DNA of 64,000 bases from a virus (IMGVR_UViG_3300031853_000002:99308-163307), one strand, 5' to 3'. Counted from the first letter of the stretch, positions 46,436 through 57,117 are shown. Program-made: numbers and translations. Notes: generated by a model from the letters alone, not told the origin.

Positions 46436-46755
46436 TGCTCACTAAAATATTCGTCAAAAGTTTCTTGTGCTAACTTTAATTGGATTTCAATCTGGTAAAG
46501 TTCTTGTTTAGCATTTTGTAAGTTCTTTACCCAATCAACTGCATCCCAATCTTTACTTCCAGGACGAAGTGAATCTGTAGAATCTGGAGCTAAATCAGTG
46601 AGAGCTGCAATCTTTAACTCTACATTAGTCTTTTCTTGTTTAAGTGCATTAACTAGGTTTTGCTGAGCAATTTCTGCACTTGTAGATATCTGAGCTGCAC
46701 GACGCTTTAGAGAAGCACTAGTATTATCCGATATTAATTCCTGAAACTTTTTCAT
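46432..46755 (-). CDS. Hypothetical coiled-coil protein
   Basis: Helical ORF with AT-rich leader. Confidence 0.65.
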   Translation of the reverse strand: MKKFQELISDNTSASLKRRAAQISTSAEIAQQNLVNALKQEKTNVELKIAALTDLAPDSTDSLRPGSKDWDAVDWVKNLQNAKQELYQIEIQLKLAQETFDEYFSEQ

Positions 46756-46777
46756 AATTGTAAATATTTAAATAGGT

Positions 46778-47212
46778 TTATTTTACTCCGGTATGTCCGA
46801 AGCCGTCTGCTCTATCTGTTTTATCAAGTTCATCTACTTCTATCCAATTAATCTGCTCAAACTTAACAAGAACTATCTGAGCAATTCTATCTCCAGCATT
46901 TACTACAAAGTCCTCATCTGTAGTATTAAATAGGATAACTCCTATTTCATTTCTATAATCGGCATCAATGGTTCCGGGAGTATTAAGTACTGTAATTCCC
47001 TTTTTAAGGGCAAGCCCGCTTCTAGGTCTCACTTGAATTTCGTATCCTTCTGGAATAGCAACAAACATACCTGTAGGGATAAGTATTCTTCCATGTGCAG
47101 GTACAATAGTATTAATCTTACTTCTTACATCTGCTCCAGCGCTTTGTGGAGTTGCATAACTAGGCCATGCTGGTGTGGGTTCTGTAGCTCGTTTAATTTT
47201 TACATCAATCAT
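46778..47212 (-). CDS. dut: Trimeric dUTPase
   Basis: [32 protein letters not shown]. Confidence 0.95.
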   Translation of the reverse strand: MIDVKIKRATEPTPAWPSYATPQSAGADVRSKINTIVPAHGRILIPTGMFVAIPEGYEIQVRPRSGLALKKGITVLNTPGTIDADYRNEIGVILFNTTDEDFVVNAGDRIAQIVLVKFEQINWIEVDELDKTDRADGFGHTGVK

Positions 47213-47498
47213 AAGTCTCCTGTAAACTTTTTATAAATTCTAATGCGTCATCTATAACCTTATTAGATTCTTCAGAATAGAAACATCTAAGAATATTATC
47301 TCTCTCTTTAACTATACAGAAAGGTTCTTTTTTAGCTCCCCAGTCAGTCTTTAAAGTATATGCATCTTTCTTTGTATGAGAACTATTTGAATCAATGAAT
47401 GTAAAATAAAACCTATCTACTATTTCTGATTTGAGAACTTTATCCTCGTCCTCTAAGTTTGCTGATACCAAAACTAATTCTATCATAGTTTGCGTCAT
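47205..47498 (-). CDS. Hypothetical protein
   Basis: Packed ORF. Confidence 0.55.
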   Translation of the reverse strand: MTQTMIELVLVSANLEDEDKVLKSEIVDRFYFTFIDSNSSHTKKDAYTLKTDWGAKKEPFCIVKERDNILRCFYSEESNKVIDDALEFIKSLQETYD

Positions 47499-47628
47499 TT
47501 ATAAGTAGCACATTACTATCTTCTATTATTATTGCTGTTGGCAAACTAAAATTATCATAGTAAGCATGAACTTCAAAATCTTTAAGCTTATTTAAGACTT
47601 CTTCACTTATATTAAGAGCATAAATCAT
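47440..47628 (-). CDS. Hypothetical protein
   Basis: ATGA-coupled to the helicase stop. Confidence 0.5.
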   Translation of the reverse strand: MIYALNISEEVLNKLKDFEVHAYYDNFSLPTAIIIEDSNVLLINDANYDRISFGISKLRGRG

Positions 47629-49028
47629 TGTAGTACATAAGCATCATGTCTAGTTCTTGAAAGAGCTACATACTGCAATTGTCTTTTTACTACTTCATCA
47701 GAACAAGTATTTATATTACGTAAATCTACAAATATATTCTCATATGTACTTCCTTGTAAACGGTGTGTGGTACATCCATATCCATAATCAAAAGATTTCT
47801 TTCTTATTACTCTTCCATCATAAAGGAGTGCTTGAGGAGTTACAAAACTATGAAGTAGTTCATAGTATTGTTTCCAATAAAGTGAAGCTTTAAAAGAACT
47901 ATACTGTTTAGTATCTATAGCTTTAAATCTTATAGCTTCTAAAGTGCCTGCTAAATTTTCAAATAATTCTTGACAATTATTCTTAGAAAGAATCATTACT
48001 TCTTTAGAATATTTGTCGTAAGAATCATATAAATCAAGTAAATATCCTTTTACTTTACAACAGAAATGTGGAAGTTCAAATTCTGATTCTTCTGGATCAT
48101 TATCTATAATATAATCCATTGAATTATAGAACATAGTTCCTTCAAAATCTGCATTTTCATAGGAAGTTAGGAACTCACCTTTATGATAAGGTTCATTATC
48201 TTTCCATAAGAACTTTCTTACAGCTTGATTAAATAGTGCTACCCGAGTATTAGTATAAGCAGCTATCTTCGTTTGAAGAATATTCCTCTCGTCTATAGCC
48301 TTTAAAAATTGGACTTTAGCCGCTTCTAAAAATTCACTCATATTAGACGTCACAATGAGACTTCCAGCCTCAGCAATCTTACTGTCCAAGTGACCAAGTT
48401 TATTCTCTCTGAGGGCCTGTAAGAGGTCTGTAAGAGCACTTTCTTTGTCTTGTCTATATATATGAGTCAATTCAAACTGATTTGGTAAATCATATACTTT
48501 TGAACATCTTCTACTCTTTACTGGATTAAGTTGTTTACTATCACTTAAAAAGATAATTTTAGCTTTCTTATCCTTACATTTTTGAATAAGAAGTTCAAAT
48601 AAATCATCATTTATCATAGAAGCCTCATCACATATTATTATACTTTTAGGCATAATAGCATTTACAACTCTAGAAGTTCTAAACTGTAATTCTCTAAAAT
48701 CAAGATCTAAAATCTCTACATTTGGAGAAAGTGATAATAACTTATGTAAAGTAATAGCATCCTCTCTAGTAGTCTGCCTCATTACTAAGGCTGCTTTATG
48801 AGTTGGAGCACATAAAGAATAATCAATCCATTCATCATTTAAATAATCTATTATTTCTTTTTCTAATGTAGTCTTACCAGTACCAGCAGAACCACATAAA
48901 GAAAAAGCAGTATCTTTACTATTCTTTATAAAGTCCTTAATAAGAGAAAGAGCCTGAAGTTGTTCTTCTCCAAGCTCAAAATCTCTTTTCTTAGGTTTAT
49001 TAACTGATAAATTACTAAAATCAAACAT
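47625..49028 (-). CDS. SF1B DNA helicase (Dda/RecD-like)
   Basis: GSAGTGKT, APTHKAA, DEASMI, QLNPV, IYRQ, TTHRLQGSTY, YVALSR. Confidence 0.9.
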   Translation of the reverse strand: MFDFSNLSVNKPKKRDFELGEEQLQALSLIKDFIKNSKDTAFSLCGSAGTGKTTLEKEIIDYLNDEWIDYSLCAPTHKAALVMRQTTREDAITLHKLLSLSPNVEILDLDFRELQFRTSRVVNAIMPKSIIICDEASMINDDLFELLIQKCKDKKAKIIFLSDSKQLNPVKSRRCSKVYDLPNQFELTHIYRQDKESALTDLLQALRENKLGHLDSKIAEAGSLIVTSNMSEFLEAAKVQFLKAIDERNILQTKIAAYTNTRVALFNQAVRKFLWKDNEPYHKGEFLTSYENADFEGTMFYNSMDYIIDNDPEESEFELPHFCCKVKGYLLDLYDSYDKYSKEVMILSKNNCQELFENLAGTLEAIRFKAIDTKQYSSFKASLYWKQYYELLHSFVTPQALLYDGRVIRKKSFDYGYGCTTHRLQGSTYENIFVDLRNINTCSDEVVKRQLQYVALSRTRHDAYVLQ

Positions 49029-49188
49029 GAATAGTAATGGGTAAAGTACCGTCGCTTGCTATCCAGTCACAATTACTAGGATCCCATTTATTGTTCTTGT
49101 CTAACCATTCTTGAGGATCTTCCTCTTTTGGAATAGTGTATACATCTATACATCCTAATGTATAATCAATTACTGCAATTTGCTGCAT
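49021..49188 (-). CDS. Small hypothetical protein (55 aa, not in ORF track)
   Basis: MQQIAVIDYTLG...ITIHV fills the gap, overlapping both neighbours. Confidence 0.55.
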   Translation of the reverse strand: MQQIAVIDYTLGCIDVYTIPKEEDPQEWLDKNNKWDPSNCDWIASDGTLPITIHV

Positions 49189-49496
49189 ATAAGTATTGGA
49201 TATTTACCACGGCAATCAATACTGTCTATTCTATATTCTTGTTTATCTATAGCATCTTTTATTAAACTTCCTATAAACATAAATGGACCTCCATCTAAAT
49301 CTATAGACTCAGGAAAGTCAAAATCCTCTCCTATTGCTCTATAATAAGATTCAGGAATAAAGAATTCTTGCTGTTCTGAATTAAGTTTTTCTCCATCAAG
49401 TCCATCCCACTTATTTTTAAATGGGATAAACTTGTGGAATCCGTACCTTCCTGGTACATAAATAGGCCTTATGTCTTTCACTTCAAATTTTTCCAC
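49170..49496 (-). CDS. Hypothetical protein
   Basis: Packed ORF. Confidence 0.55.
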   Translation of the reverse strand: MEKFEVKDIRPIYVPGRYGFHKFIPFKNKWDGLDGEKLNSEQQEFFIPESYYRAIGEDFDFPESIDLDGGPFMFIGSLIKDAIDKQEYRIDSIDCRGKYPILICSKLQ

Positions 49497-49948
49497 AACC
49501 TCGGAGTTATATTTTCCATTCCTTTAAATCCTCCATGTCCTAAATCTTCTATTCTATATAGACGTTGATTTGTATTAGGATTGTTAAGAGGACCTAAATC
49601 TTGTATATATCTACCTATCTTTATATAGTTAAGAGTGTGTTCTTCTATAGGTAAAGCTGAAGAACCAGTATACCAAGCAGTTTTTAATTCTGGGAATAAA
49701 TTATGAATCCAATAAGATCTAGCTTTTACATCTCGAAATTCCCCTCCCATAAAACATACACAAGTAATACCTTTACTTCTCTTAATCATTTGATAAAGCA
49801 TAGGAGGAGTTAATTCCATTCCTATATCTTTCCACAAGTGAGGACTATGGCATCCAGGGCAGTGATAAGGACAATTACTTATATTTATAGCAAGAGTAAT
49901 TTCATCAGGAATTTCTGATAAAACTACCTCATAATCAGTGAACTTCAT
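49478..49948 (-). CDS. nrdG: Anaerobic ribonucleotide reductase activating protein
   Basis: EIPDE, CPYHCPGCHS, FMGGE, YIKIGRY, TNQR. Confidence 0.88.
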   Translation of the reverse strand: MKFTDYEVVLSEIPDEITLAINISNCPYHCPGCHSPHLWKDIGMELTPPMLYQMIKRSKGITCVCFMGGEFRDVKARSYWIHNLFPELKTAWYTGSSALPIEEHTLNYIKIGRYIQDLGPLNNPNTNQRLYRIEDLGHGGFKGMENITPRLWKNLK

Positions 49949-50306
49949 AGAAATTATAATTACCATAGTAATCTTTATCATCTACAGTCCATTGAGTTTC
50001 TTCTTGTAACCATTCTCCAAAATCCGTAGTGGCATAGTCTTCTTCCCATGAGTCCTCATTTATATATTGAAGTTGTATGGCATTAAGGTCAGCAAAGAAG
50101 TCATCAAATTTTTCTTTATTATATTTAGCTAAAATACCTTTCTCTTCTGCATCTGTAATTACGTAGAATTTTACATCATTTATACTAATTACATAATCAT
50201 CTACCTCTTCAACCTCTATGTCTTCAGACATATCTATATTAGTAGCTATAAACTCTAAAATAGCTTTCTGTAGTTTAGATTCAAAATTCTCAATTCCTTT
50301 AATCAT
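49935..50306 (-). CDS. Hypothetical acidic protein
   Basis: Packed ORF. Confidence 0.6.
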   Translation of the reverse strand: MIKGIENFESKLQKAILEFIATNIDMSEDIEVEEVDDYVISINDVKFYVITDAEEKGILAKYNKEKFDDFFADLNAIQLQYINEDSWEEDYATTDFGEWLQEETQWTVDDKDYYGNYNFYEVH

Positions 50307-51028
50307 AATTTTTCAATTTTAAGTGCATTACCATTCGGACCTTTAAGTATTCCATCTTCTATATAGTTCCACCCTCCTCCAGTATCTAACATAGCAAACC
50401 ATTTAGTTACTATATTCCTAGTTAGGTATGTATGTCCAAATATTTGATAATATTCCTTTAGAGCATCTATAGGTGTTTTTCCATAATGTTCTCTTACATC
50501 TGCCCATATAATACTACTAAAGTCATCTGGGCCTCCTCTGTAATAAGATACCATAGCAAGAAGCATTTGATTTTGTTCTTTATTAAAGAAATCATTTATT
50601 ACATCTGCATTAAGTTTATCATATTCTTCTATGAATAATTTACCCATAGAATTATTAACTCCAGCATGTGTAAATAGAAATCCGTCTTGCTCATATGCCC
50701 ATTGAAATTTATCTAGATTCTCCCTAAAGAAGGCTTGAATATCTTCATGTCTTAGATTATCATGTCTACTCCAATAATCTAACTGTCTTCTATAAGATTC
50801 ACACCAATAGAAGCAATCATGATTTCCCCATAATAATACCACTTTATCTGGATTCTGTCTCTTGAATTCTACTATATCTATAAGTTCTCCCATTACATCT
50901 GATTGTTCTGCTTCTCCCGGATAAGGATCTACATAATCTCCAAGGAAGACTATTTTGTTCCAATCCTTTTCACAAGGCTTTCTCCAAAAAGCTCTACCAT
51001 GTACATCAGGAATTATTAGTATTTTCAT
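50303..51028 (-). CDS. Calcineurin-like metallophosphoesterase
   Basis: DVHG, GDYVD, GNHD, THAG, GHT. Confidence 0.85.
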   Translation of the reverse strand: MKILIIPDVHGRAFWRKPCEKDWNKIVFLGDYVDPYPGEAEQSDVMGELIDIVEFKRQNPDKVVLLWGNHDCFYWCESYRRQLDYWSRHDNLRHEDIQAFFRENLDKFQWAYEQDGFLFTHAGVNNSMGKLFIEEYDKLNADVINDFFNKEQNQMLLAMVSYYRGGPDDFSSIIWADVREHYGKTPIDALKEYYQIFGHTYLTRNIVTKWFAMLDTGGGWNYIEDGILKGPNGNALKIEKL

Positions 51029-51426
51029 AATATTACATTGCAAGGATGAATTAATCCTGTTTCATCTGTATAAGTTACTTCATAACCTTGATATACTAGA
51101 AAATAATATTCCCCCTCAGACTTTATCACTTCCCAAGATTCAAGTTCTTCATTTTCTATTCCAAATGCTTCTACATCTTCTTCAGTAAGAACTCCATCTT
51201 CCACAGCCAACTTACAATGTTCCGAATTAAATATCCATCCCCAATGTCCTTTAGGATGATAATCTCCAAGTTTTACTAGAGAAGTTAATAATTTTTCTAT
51301 AGAAGGATTTAAATCATTAAACTTTATACTATATTGACTATCTCCATCAGCATCACCTATCATATAATATACAGTTAATGTATAATATGGGGTACAAGGT
51401 CGTGTTTGTAAAATTTCAATTTTCAC
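51025..51426 (-). CDS. Hypothetical protein
   Basis: Packed ORF (YMIGDADG). Confidence 0.6.
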   Translation of the reverse strand: MKIEILQTRPCTPYYTLTVYYMIGDADGDSQYSIKFNDLNPSIEKLLTSLVKLGDYHPKGHWGWIFNSEHCKLAVEDGVLTEEDVEAFGIENEELESWEVIKSEGEYYFLVYQGYEVTYTDETGLIHPCNVIL

Positions 51427-51677
51427 CAGCTTATTTTTGTTTGTTCTTTATAAGCAATAGGTTCTGTAACCCTACCATAATGATCTTCATCATAAATATG
51501 CGTTTTATATCTCTCTACTTTATAACCATAATCTTTTAGTACTTTAGTAATCTCATCTGAAAGAGGATATTGAAGGTGCAAGAATGTCAATCTTTTATAA
51601 GCACTTTCTTCTATTAATTTCATTATTTGTAATAATTTACTATTACTAATTTTACGAGCTTCTTCTGCACTTAACAT
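51423..51677 (-). CDS. Hypothetical protein
   Basis: Packed ORF. Confidence 0.6.
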   Translation of the reverse strand: MLSAEEARKISNSKLLQIMKLIEESAYKRLTFLHLQYPLSDEITKVLKDYGYKVERYKTHIYDEDHYGRVTEPIAYKEQTKISW

Positions 51678-51680
51678 AAC

Positions 51681-51707
51681 AAAAAAGGCCGGTTATACGC
51701 CGACCTT
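51681..51707 (-). terminator. Intrinsic terminator overlapping the nrdD stop
   Basis: Minus strand AAGGTCGG-cgtataa-CCGGCCTTTTTT. Confidence 0.65.
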
Positions 51708-53858
51708 ACTATATACTCTAGTTGTTTGTTCTACTTTTCTAGCATCTGCCCAGTTTTTTATTCTGGTTAAATATCCAATAATTCTATCATATTGATCTAT
51801 ATGATGAGAACCACACTTTGGACAAGTATCTGTAGGACGTTTACCAATCCATCCACAATCTTGACATTCAGAGTTAGGAATATTAAAGGTAAAATACTGA
51901 CATCCCTCTTCAGCAGCAAACCTCATTAGTTTCTTACATTGTTCATAGCTAGGATGGTCAGCAAGATTAATATGAGCCGCACTGCCTCCGTCTAAATAAT
52001 CTCCTATATAGTTTCTACCATGTAGTACAAATTTATCAAGAATACTTATAGACTTATCATTAGGTTTAAATATATAAGATGCATATAAATTAGTATCATC
52101 AGGCACCCAATACTTATCTTGTTTATCCCAGTTATAGTTCTTAGCTGCTAAAGACTCTGCAGGAACACATTCAGTATTAAACGTTACTTTATGTCCAAAA
52201 TATTTACCATTAGCTTTAGTATTGGACTCTTTTATAATACCAAAGATAGCTTGGCAGAAATCTTGATATTCTTGGTTAACATTACACTTAATTCCTAAGA
52301 ATTCAGCTGCTTGATTAAGTCCATTAAGTCCAATAGTAAGATACTGTTTATTTAAAGAGATAAATCCATTAGAATAAACTGGAAGCAATTTAGCTTCATA
52401 CATATCCCATAGACATTCGTTATATGCTATATGATATTTATATACTCTAGATAGAATGTTATCTATATAAGATTTTAGAGAATCTTTATAGTATTCTAAA
52501 GAGAATGGATTAGGAGAGTCAATACTTTTATACCAATCTTGAATAATTCTATTTAAGTTAAGCGTGATAACACTCTTTGAGCCTGTTTCCACACCCATGT
52601 TTCCATTAGTGAAATTGAACTCCTTAGTATCCACCTTATTCTTAAGTCTACAACATGAGGATAGACTGTCCGCAGTATCTGAGATGTAAGTAAAGAAACT
52701 ATGACCCCTCGCATACTCCTGAGCAACAAATTCAGCATTTTCTTTATCAACAAATTCTCCGTCTTTATAAATTAGGGCAAATGATTCTACGGGAAACGCC
52801 ATTATTGTACGTTCTCTTTCTTTATTAAACCATTGCATAAACTCTTTCTGTAACCAGTTGAGGCTTTCCCATTTGGGAGTACTCATATCTGGGAACATAA
52901 AGTTATTGAACATACTTTCAAAGAAAGGTTTATCAAAATAAGCAAAATTGACAAAAGCACTTTGCATACCTCTTGCTGCAGCAGGTTGATTTATAGAATA
53001 GATAACTTGCTGGAAATACTGATGAATTTGTTTACGTATAGTCATCTGCCTTGCTACTATATCAGTAGTAGTAACTGAGTCTGGATGCATATAGTAATCA
53101 TCCTTCCATTGTTTACGTGCAAAATAATCAAAATAAAGCAAGAACTCTGGAGTAGCAACAGCACCAGCAAACTGAGAAGAAACAGCAAAGATAAGATTTA
53201 TATACATTCCACAATAACTGTCAATGTTTTCAGGTTTAGCAGATAGACCACCAATACCCTTAATACCTCCAACTAGGAATGGATACATACTAATAGAACA
53301 ACAATAAGGAGCTATCGCACCCATAAAGCCAGACTCATCATGCTTATATATAATATGACTCTTTAAGTCTCTTACATATTGTTTAGCATCAAAATCTGGA
53401 AAAAGTTCTTTTAGCTTGTCTTTTATCATTACTCGACTAACAAGAATATTTTCTTGCTTATGTCCTTCAGCATTTAATACTCCAATATTCTTTGTACCTA
53501 CATTACTATTATCATCAATAGTTGCATTAGCAGTATTAGAAGAATTCTTATATCTATTTATAAAGTCTTGTTTAGAACGAGCTAACTCTCTTGCTTTTTC
53601 ATGACTCCATCTATAGAATAGAAATTCTCTTGCTACATTATCATATCCCCAGTCTGTTAAAACTTCAACAATCTGGTCTTGAATATCTTCAATATTCATT
53701 TCATCCCAGAAGGATATATCACTATAAATCTTTCCTATTATAAGTTTGTTAACTTCCTCATCTGCTTCTTTAAATGCAGCCTCTATAGCTGCTTTTACTT
53801 TTTCAGAGTTAAACTCTACTAAAATTCCGTCTCGATTAGTTACTTTCATTATTTCCAT
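51693..53858 (-). CDS. nrdD: Class III (anaerobic) ribonucleotide reductase with ATP cone
   Basis: N-terminal ATP cone, YKHD, PYCC, SCCRL, PAESLA, CQDC...CPKC, RIIGYL glycyl-radical motif. Confidence 0.95.
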   Translation of the reverse strand: MEIMKVTNRDGILVEFNSEKVKAAIEAAFKEADEEVNKLIIGKIYSDISFWDEMNIEDIQDQIVEVLTDWGYDNVAREFLFYRWSHEKARELARSKQDFINRYKNSSNTANATIDDNSNVGTKNIGVLNAEGHKQENILVSRVMIKDKLKELFPDFDAKQYVRDLKSHIIYKHDESGFMGAIAPYCCSISMYPFLVGGIKGIGGLSAKPENIDSYCGMYINLIFAVSSQFAGAVATPEFLLYFDYFARKQWKDDYYMHPDSVTTTDIVARQMTIRKQIHQYFQQVIYSINQPAAARGMQSAFVNFAYFDKPFFESMFNNFMFPDMSTPKWESLNWLQKEFMQWFNKERERTIMAFPVESFALIYKDGEFVDKENAEFVAQEYARGHSFFTYISDTADSLSSCCRLKNKVDTKEFNFTNGNMGVETGSKSVITLNLNRIIQDWYKSIDSPNPFSLEYYKDSLKSYIDNILSRVYKYHIAYNECLWDMYEAKLLPVYSNGFISLNKQYLTIGLNGLNQAAEFLGIKCNVNQEYQDFCQAIFGIIKESNTKANGKYFGHKVTFNTECVPAESLAAKNYNWDKQDKYWVPDDTNLYASYIFKPNDKSISILDKFVLHGRNYIGDYLDGGSAAHINLADHPSYEQCKKLMRFAAEEGCQYFTFNIPNSECQDCGWIGKRPTDTCPKCGSHHIDQYDRIIGYLTRIKNWADARKVEQTTRVYSKVGV

Positions 53859-53914
53859 ATTTAAGCATGAATTTTAAATATAGTTAATTTTTTAGCAATC
53901 TACAAGACGGAAAA

Positions 53915-54694
53915 TTATACATCAAGTATTCTTTTCAACAAAAGTGTTTTCTCTACTTTATTCATAATGTCCTTGTCCTTATCATTTGAGATAAGTTCAG
54001 TAAATGCATTATATATATTAAACATATCAGTACTTTGGTCACGAGGAACAAAATAAGGAGAACTTTCCTTTTCAAATAAAAGCTTAAAAGCCCCTTCTAC
54101 AACACTTGCAGCTAGAGATGCTTTAGTTACTCCATTATCATACTCCATTGCCCAGGACCTACGCATCCACATTCCTAAATGTTCATTAAGATTAGATGCC
54201 TCTCTAGAGAATTTAGTTTTATGTAAAGACTCTAAAAAGTCTTTAATAGTATTAGCTTGCTTAATTATAATATCTAAAGGACGATAATTAATAGCTTCTT
54301 CTGGATTAAGTTCTCTAACACTAAGAGAATCTGGGCTAAATACACATAAGTTAGTACAAGCTCTGTTAAGTCCACCTCTATAGAACTTTACAATTGGTTT
54401 ACGAACATCTAATCCATATACCATACCAATCACATCGTCATGATTATTTACTCTATATTCTTGTGGAAGTACTCCTTGAATCCATACTCTATTATATGTA
54501 ATATCTTGAGTATTTATTTGCCCATCTTTAGTAAGAGTAATTTGAGATGGAGTTTCCACTTTAATTTCAAATCTCTCTACAATAGCTTCAAGTCTCCTTA
54601 TAAAGGGATTAACATAAGCAGCTGTTGGCCAATATTCTTTATTTTTAATAAGGGTTCCTTTACCTTGCATAAGTTGTTCAAGTGTTACTTCCAT
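53915..54694 (-). CDS. Conserved hypothetical phage protein (DUF932-like)
   Basis: RACTNLC and IYNAFTE motifs. Confidence 0.6.
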   Translation of the reverse strand: MEVTLEQLMQGKGTLIKNKEYWPTAAYVNPFIRRLEAIVERFEIKVETPSQITLTKDGQINTQDITYNRVWIQGVLPQEYRVNNHDDVIGMVYGLDVRKPIVKFYRGGLNRACTNLCVFSPDSLSVRELNPEEAINYRPLDIIIKQANTIKDFLESLHKTKFSREASNLNEHLGMWMRRSWAMEYDNGVTKASLAASVVEGAFKLLFEKESSPYFVPRDQSTDMFNIYNAFTELISNDKDKDIMNKVEKTLLLKRILDV

Positions 54695-55368
54695 TAGTCT
54701 TCTTTATTATAAAGGGATTCGTCAATGGTTATATCTTTATTTCTGTAATTCTTCCAATTATTTATTACTGTTTCTTTATTAGAACAAGGACTTGGTCCTA
54801 AGTATACAGTAGTATTGAAAGCATTTAAATCTCTGTTCCAGCAATAGAACTCTCCTGCGTCATTTAAGAACTCAAAGAATATTTTTATAAGTTCATCTGA
54901 TACATAAGAGGAATCACAATCTGAATCTAAATAAAAAGCCTGTAATAATGATTGTACAGTTTTCTTTATATTATCTGGATGTATATATCCTCTATGTACT
55001 TCTCCATCAGATTCCTTTATATAAGATTCTTTTATGGGAGAAAGACAATAATTCTTTAGTATATCTATAATATCTAAAAGATTTTGATGAGAATCTATAC
55101 AATAAGCATCTACATAAGAATCAGCTATTTCTTTAAATACTTCTCGTGGAAGATAGTAGAATTCATAAGGACGAGGCCCACAAAAATCTAAAGCATTTCC
55201 AGCTTTTTCTGGAGACTCCTTATGTAAAGATTCCCATTGTTCATAAGCTTTAGAATACATTCTGTTTTCTTCCATGAAGTCGTCCCAGTCAACTGCAGGT
55301 TGAACTTTACTATAAAGCTCCTTCAAGCATGCTAAAGATGCCATTTCTAATACTTTACGTCTAGTCAT
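54694..55368 (-). CDS. Hypothetical protein
   Basis: Packed ORF. Confidence 0.65.
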   Translation of the reverse strand: MTRRKVLEMASLACLKELYSKVQPAVDWDDFMEENRMYSKAYEQWESLHKESPEKAGNALDFCGPRPYEFYYLPREVFKEIADSYVDAYCIDSHQNLLDIIDILKNYCLSPIKESYIKESDGEVHRGYIHPDNIKKTVQSLLQAFYLDSDCDSSYVSDELIKIFFEFLNDAGEFYCWNRDLNAFNTTVYLGPSPCSNKETVINNWKNYRNKDITIDESLYNKED

Positions 55369-55937
55369 ATTAATTTATAAATTTCTTCAAGAGTTTTATC
55401 TAATTCTAAATCTCTTAGTAATGTAGTATGAAAATTAATATTATAATTTTGAATAGTTTTTCTTAAATCAATATCTTCCCAAGTTTTACAAGCAGATTTA
55501 TCAGATTTAGAGAATAAAGGAGATAAAGTGTTTATTAAGTCTTCTATATCTTCTCTAAGTACATATACATAAAATTTCTCTGAATTAAGTACAAATACTT
55601 TTACAGATGGTTCATTTTTATATAACCATAAATATCTAAGAGCTTGTAACAATTGTTTTTTATATTGATTGACTGAATTACATACTTTTCTCTTTACTTC
55701 TTGGATTCCACAGAACTTTTCATCACCATTTAAAGAGAAAGTCATATAACCATCAGTTTTTTCTTTAGACTTATAAAATCCTCTTTTTATAGTGAGGACT
55801 TGCATATTACTTGCTTTATAAGTCATCATCTTATATACATCTTCTATAACCTCTTCCAATTCAAAGTCATTGTGCTCTTCATCATATATTTGGTCAAGTA
55901 TTTCAAGACCACTAACAGGAATAAATTTATTTTTCAT
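55365..55937 (-). CDS. Hypothetical protein (possible PD-(D/E)xK-like: DG...QEVK)
   Basis: TDGY...IQEVKR...QALRYL. Confidence 0.55.
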   Translation of the reverse strand: MKNKFIPVSGLEILDQIYDEEHNDFELEEVIEDVYKMMTYKASNMQVLTIKRGFYKSKEKTDGYMTFSLNGDEKFCGIQEVKRKVCNSVNQYKKQLLQALRYLWLYKNEPSVKVFVLNSEKFYVYVLREDIEDLINTLSPLFSKSDKSACKTWEDIDLRKTIQNYNINFHTTLLRDLELDKTLEEIYKLI

Positions 55938-55963
55938 TTATACAGTTTCCACTGTTGGATTAG

Positions 55964-56003
55964 AAAAAAAAAATGGGAGACCATACTTTCGTATAGCCTC
56001 CCA
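55964..56003 (-). terminator. Intrinsic terminator
   Basis: Minus strand TGGGAGGCTATAC-GAAA-GTATGGTCTCCCA-T10. Confidence 0.88.
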
Positions 56004-56025
56004 ACACTTATATGCTAGAAGTTAA

Positions 56026-56574
56026 TCAGGCCTCTACACCAAAGACCATATAGGTACCTACCTTAGAACTCTTTGAAGGAGTATACTCTGCGGTGAAAGC
56101 GATTGGCTCACCATCAAGTACTTGCTTAGTATACTTACAAGTAATAGGATGTTTAAATCCATTCTTGTAAAGTTCCTTAGCCATTTCCTTAGCAACTGCT
56201 TTGGTCTCCTGAGTCATACCAACTACCTCACCTGTAACTGAATCTACAAGCTCGTATGTAGTAACGTACTTTCTCTTACCCTTCTCATTCTTAACATCGT
56301 TAATCTTATAAGGACGCTCTCTTGTATCAGCAACTGCAGCATCAACTGTAATTGAGAAACCAACACCAGCTGCAGACTTAGTCTTCTTCTGGATATAGTC
56401 AAGAGCGAACTCCTTAATCTTAGCGTCTGTTACACCATCAATCTGCTTTTTCTTCCAATTTTTGAAAGCCTGTGTAGCATCACCGATAATCTGGAATGGA
56501 GCCTTTGCTAGAGCCTCTTCTTTAGTAGCACCTGTAACTTCTAATTTCTTGAAATTAATAATTTTTGTTTCCAT
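56026..56574 (-). CDS. Hypothetical, probably highly expressed Lys-rich protein (own promoters and terminator)
   Basis: Flanked by tandem promoters and a strong terminator; codon usage shifted to AAG/GAG. Confidence 0.75.
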   Translation of the reverse strand: METKIINFKKLEVTGATKEEALAKAPFQIIGDATQAFKNWKKKQIDGVTDAKIKEFALDYIQKKTKSAAGVGFSITVDAAVADTRERPYKINDVKNEKGKRKYVTTYELVDSVTGEVVGMTQETKAVAKEMAKELYKNGFKHPITCKYTKQVLDGEPIAFTAEYTPSKSSKVGTYMVFGVEA

Positions 56575-56622
56575 AATTCAAATAGTTTTTAACATTTTTC
56601 GTATTATTCATCTTCATTTAAC

Positions 56623-56654
56623 CAAATATACATTGGACTGTCCTTATGGACAAC
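56623..56654 (-). promoter_or_regulatory. Bacteroidota sigmaA-type promoter (proximal)
   Basis: GTTG-N20-TATATTTG. Confidence 0.55.
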
Positions 56655-56722
56655 TAAATGAATGTTAAATAATCTAAAATTCTGTTTTAATCTGAAATCC
56701 TCTCTCTCAAGAGGAACTGGAA

Positions 56723-56754
56723 CAAATCTAATAACTTCATAATCTAAATCCAAA
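56723..56754 (-). promoter_or_regulatory. Bacteroidota sigmaA-type promoter (distal, perfect consensus)
   Basis: TTTG-N20-TAGATTTG. Confidence 0.7.
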
Positions 56755-56790
56755 CGAATGTCTCAAAATTTACATTTTTTAACACTCAAT

Positions 56791-57117
56791 TTAGAAAGGC
56801 ATATAAGATTTTATTATATCTCGACAAGTTTTTACCATATCTTTTGGGGCAATTCCAAAGGTTGGAAAGTCCTTACAACCATATCCAAAACTCTCACACA
56901 TTACTGCAAGACCTTTTATAAAGTCGTCTGTCATACCTTCACTAGCACAAATCTTGTAAACTACCTGATAATATGTAACATCAGGTTGTTTCTTTTTCAT
57001 GGAAGTAACTATATAACAAATTAAAGATATAAGTGCAAACTTGTTATTGATATTTATGTTCAAGTTTCCTAAGCTGAAATACTGGCTAAAGATTGCCTCA
57101 AGTTCTTTATAAGTCAT
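56791..57117 (-). CDS. Hypothetical protein
   Basis: Packed ORF. Confidence 0.65.
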   Translation of the reverse strand: MTYKELEAIFSQYFSLGNLNININNKFALISLICYIVTSMKKKQPDVTYYQVVYKICASEGMTDDFIKGLAVMCESFGYGCKDFPTFGIAPKDMVKTCRDIIKSYMPF

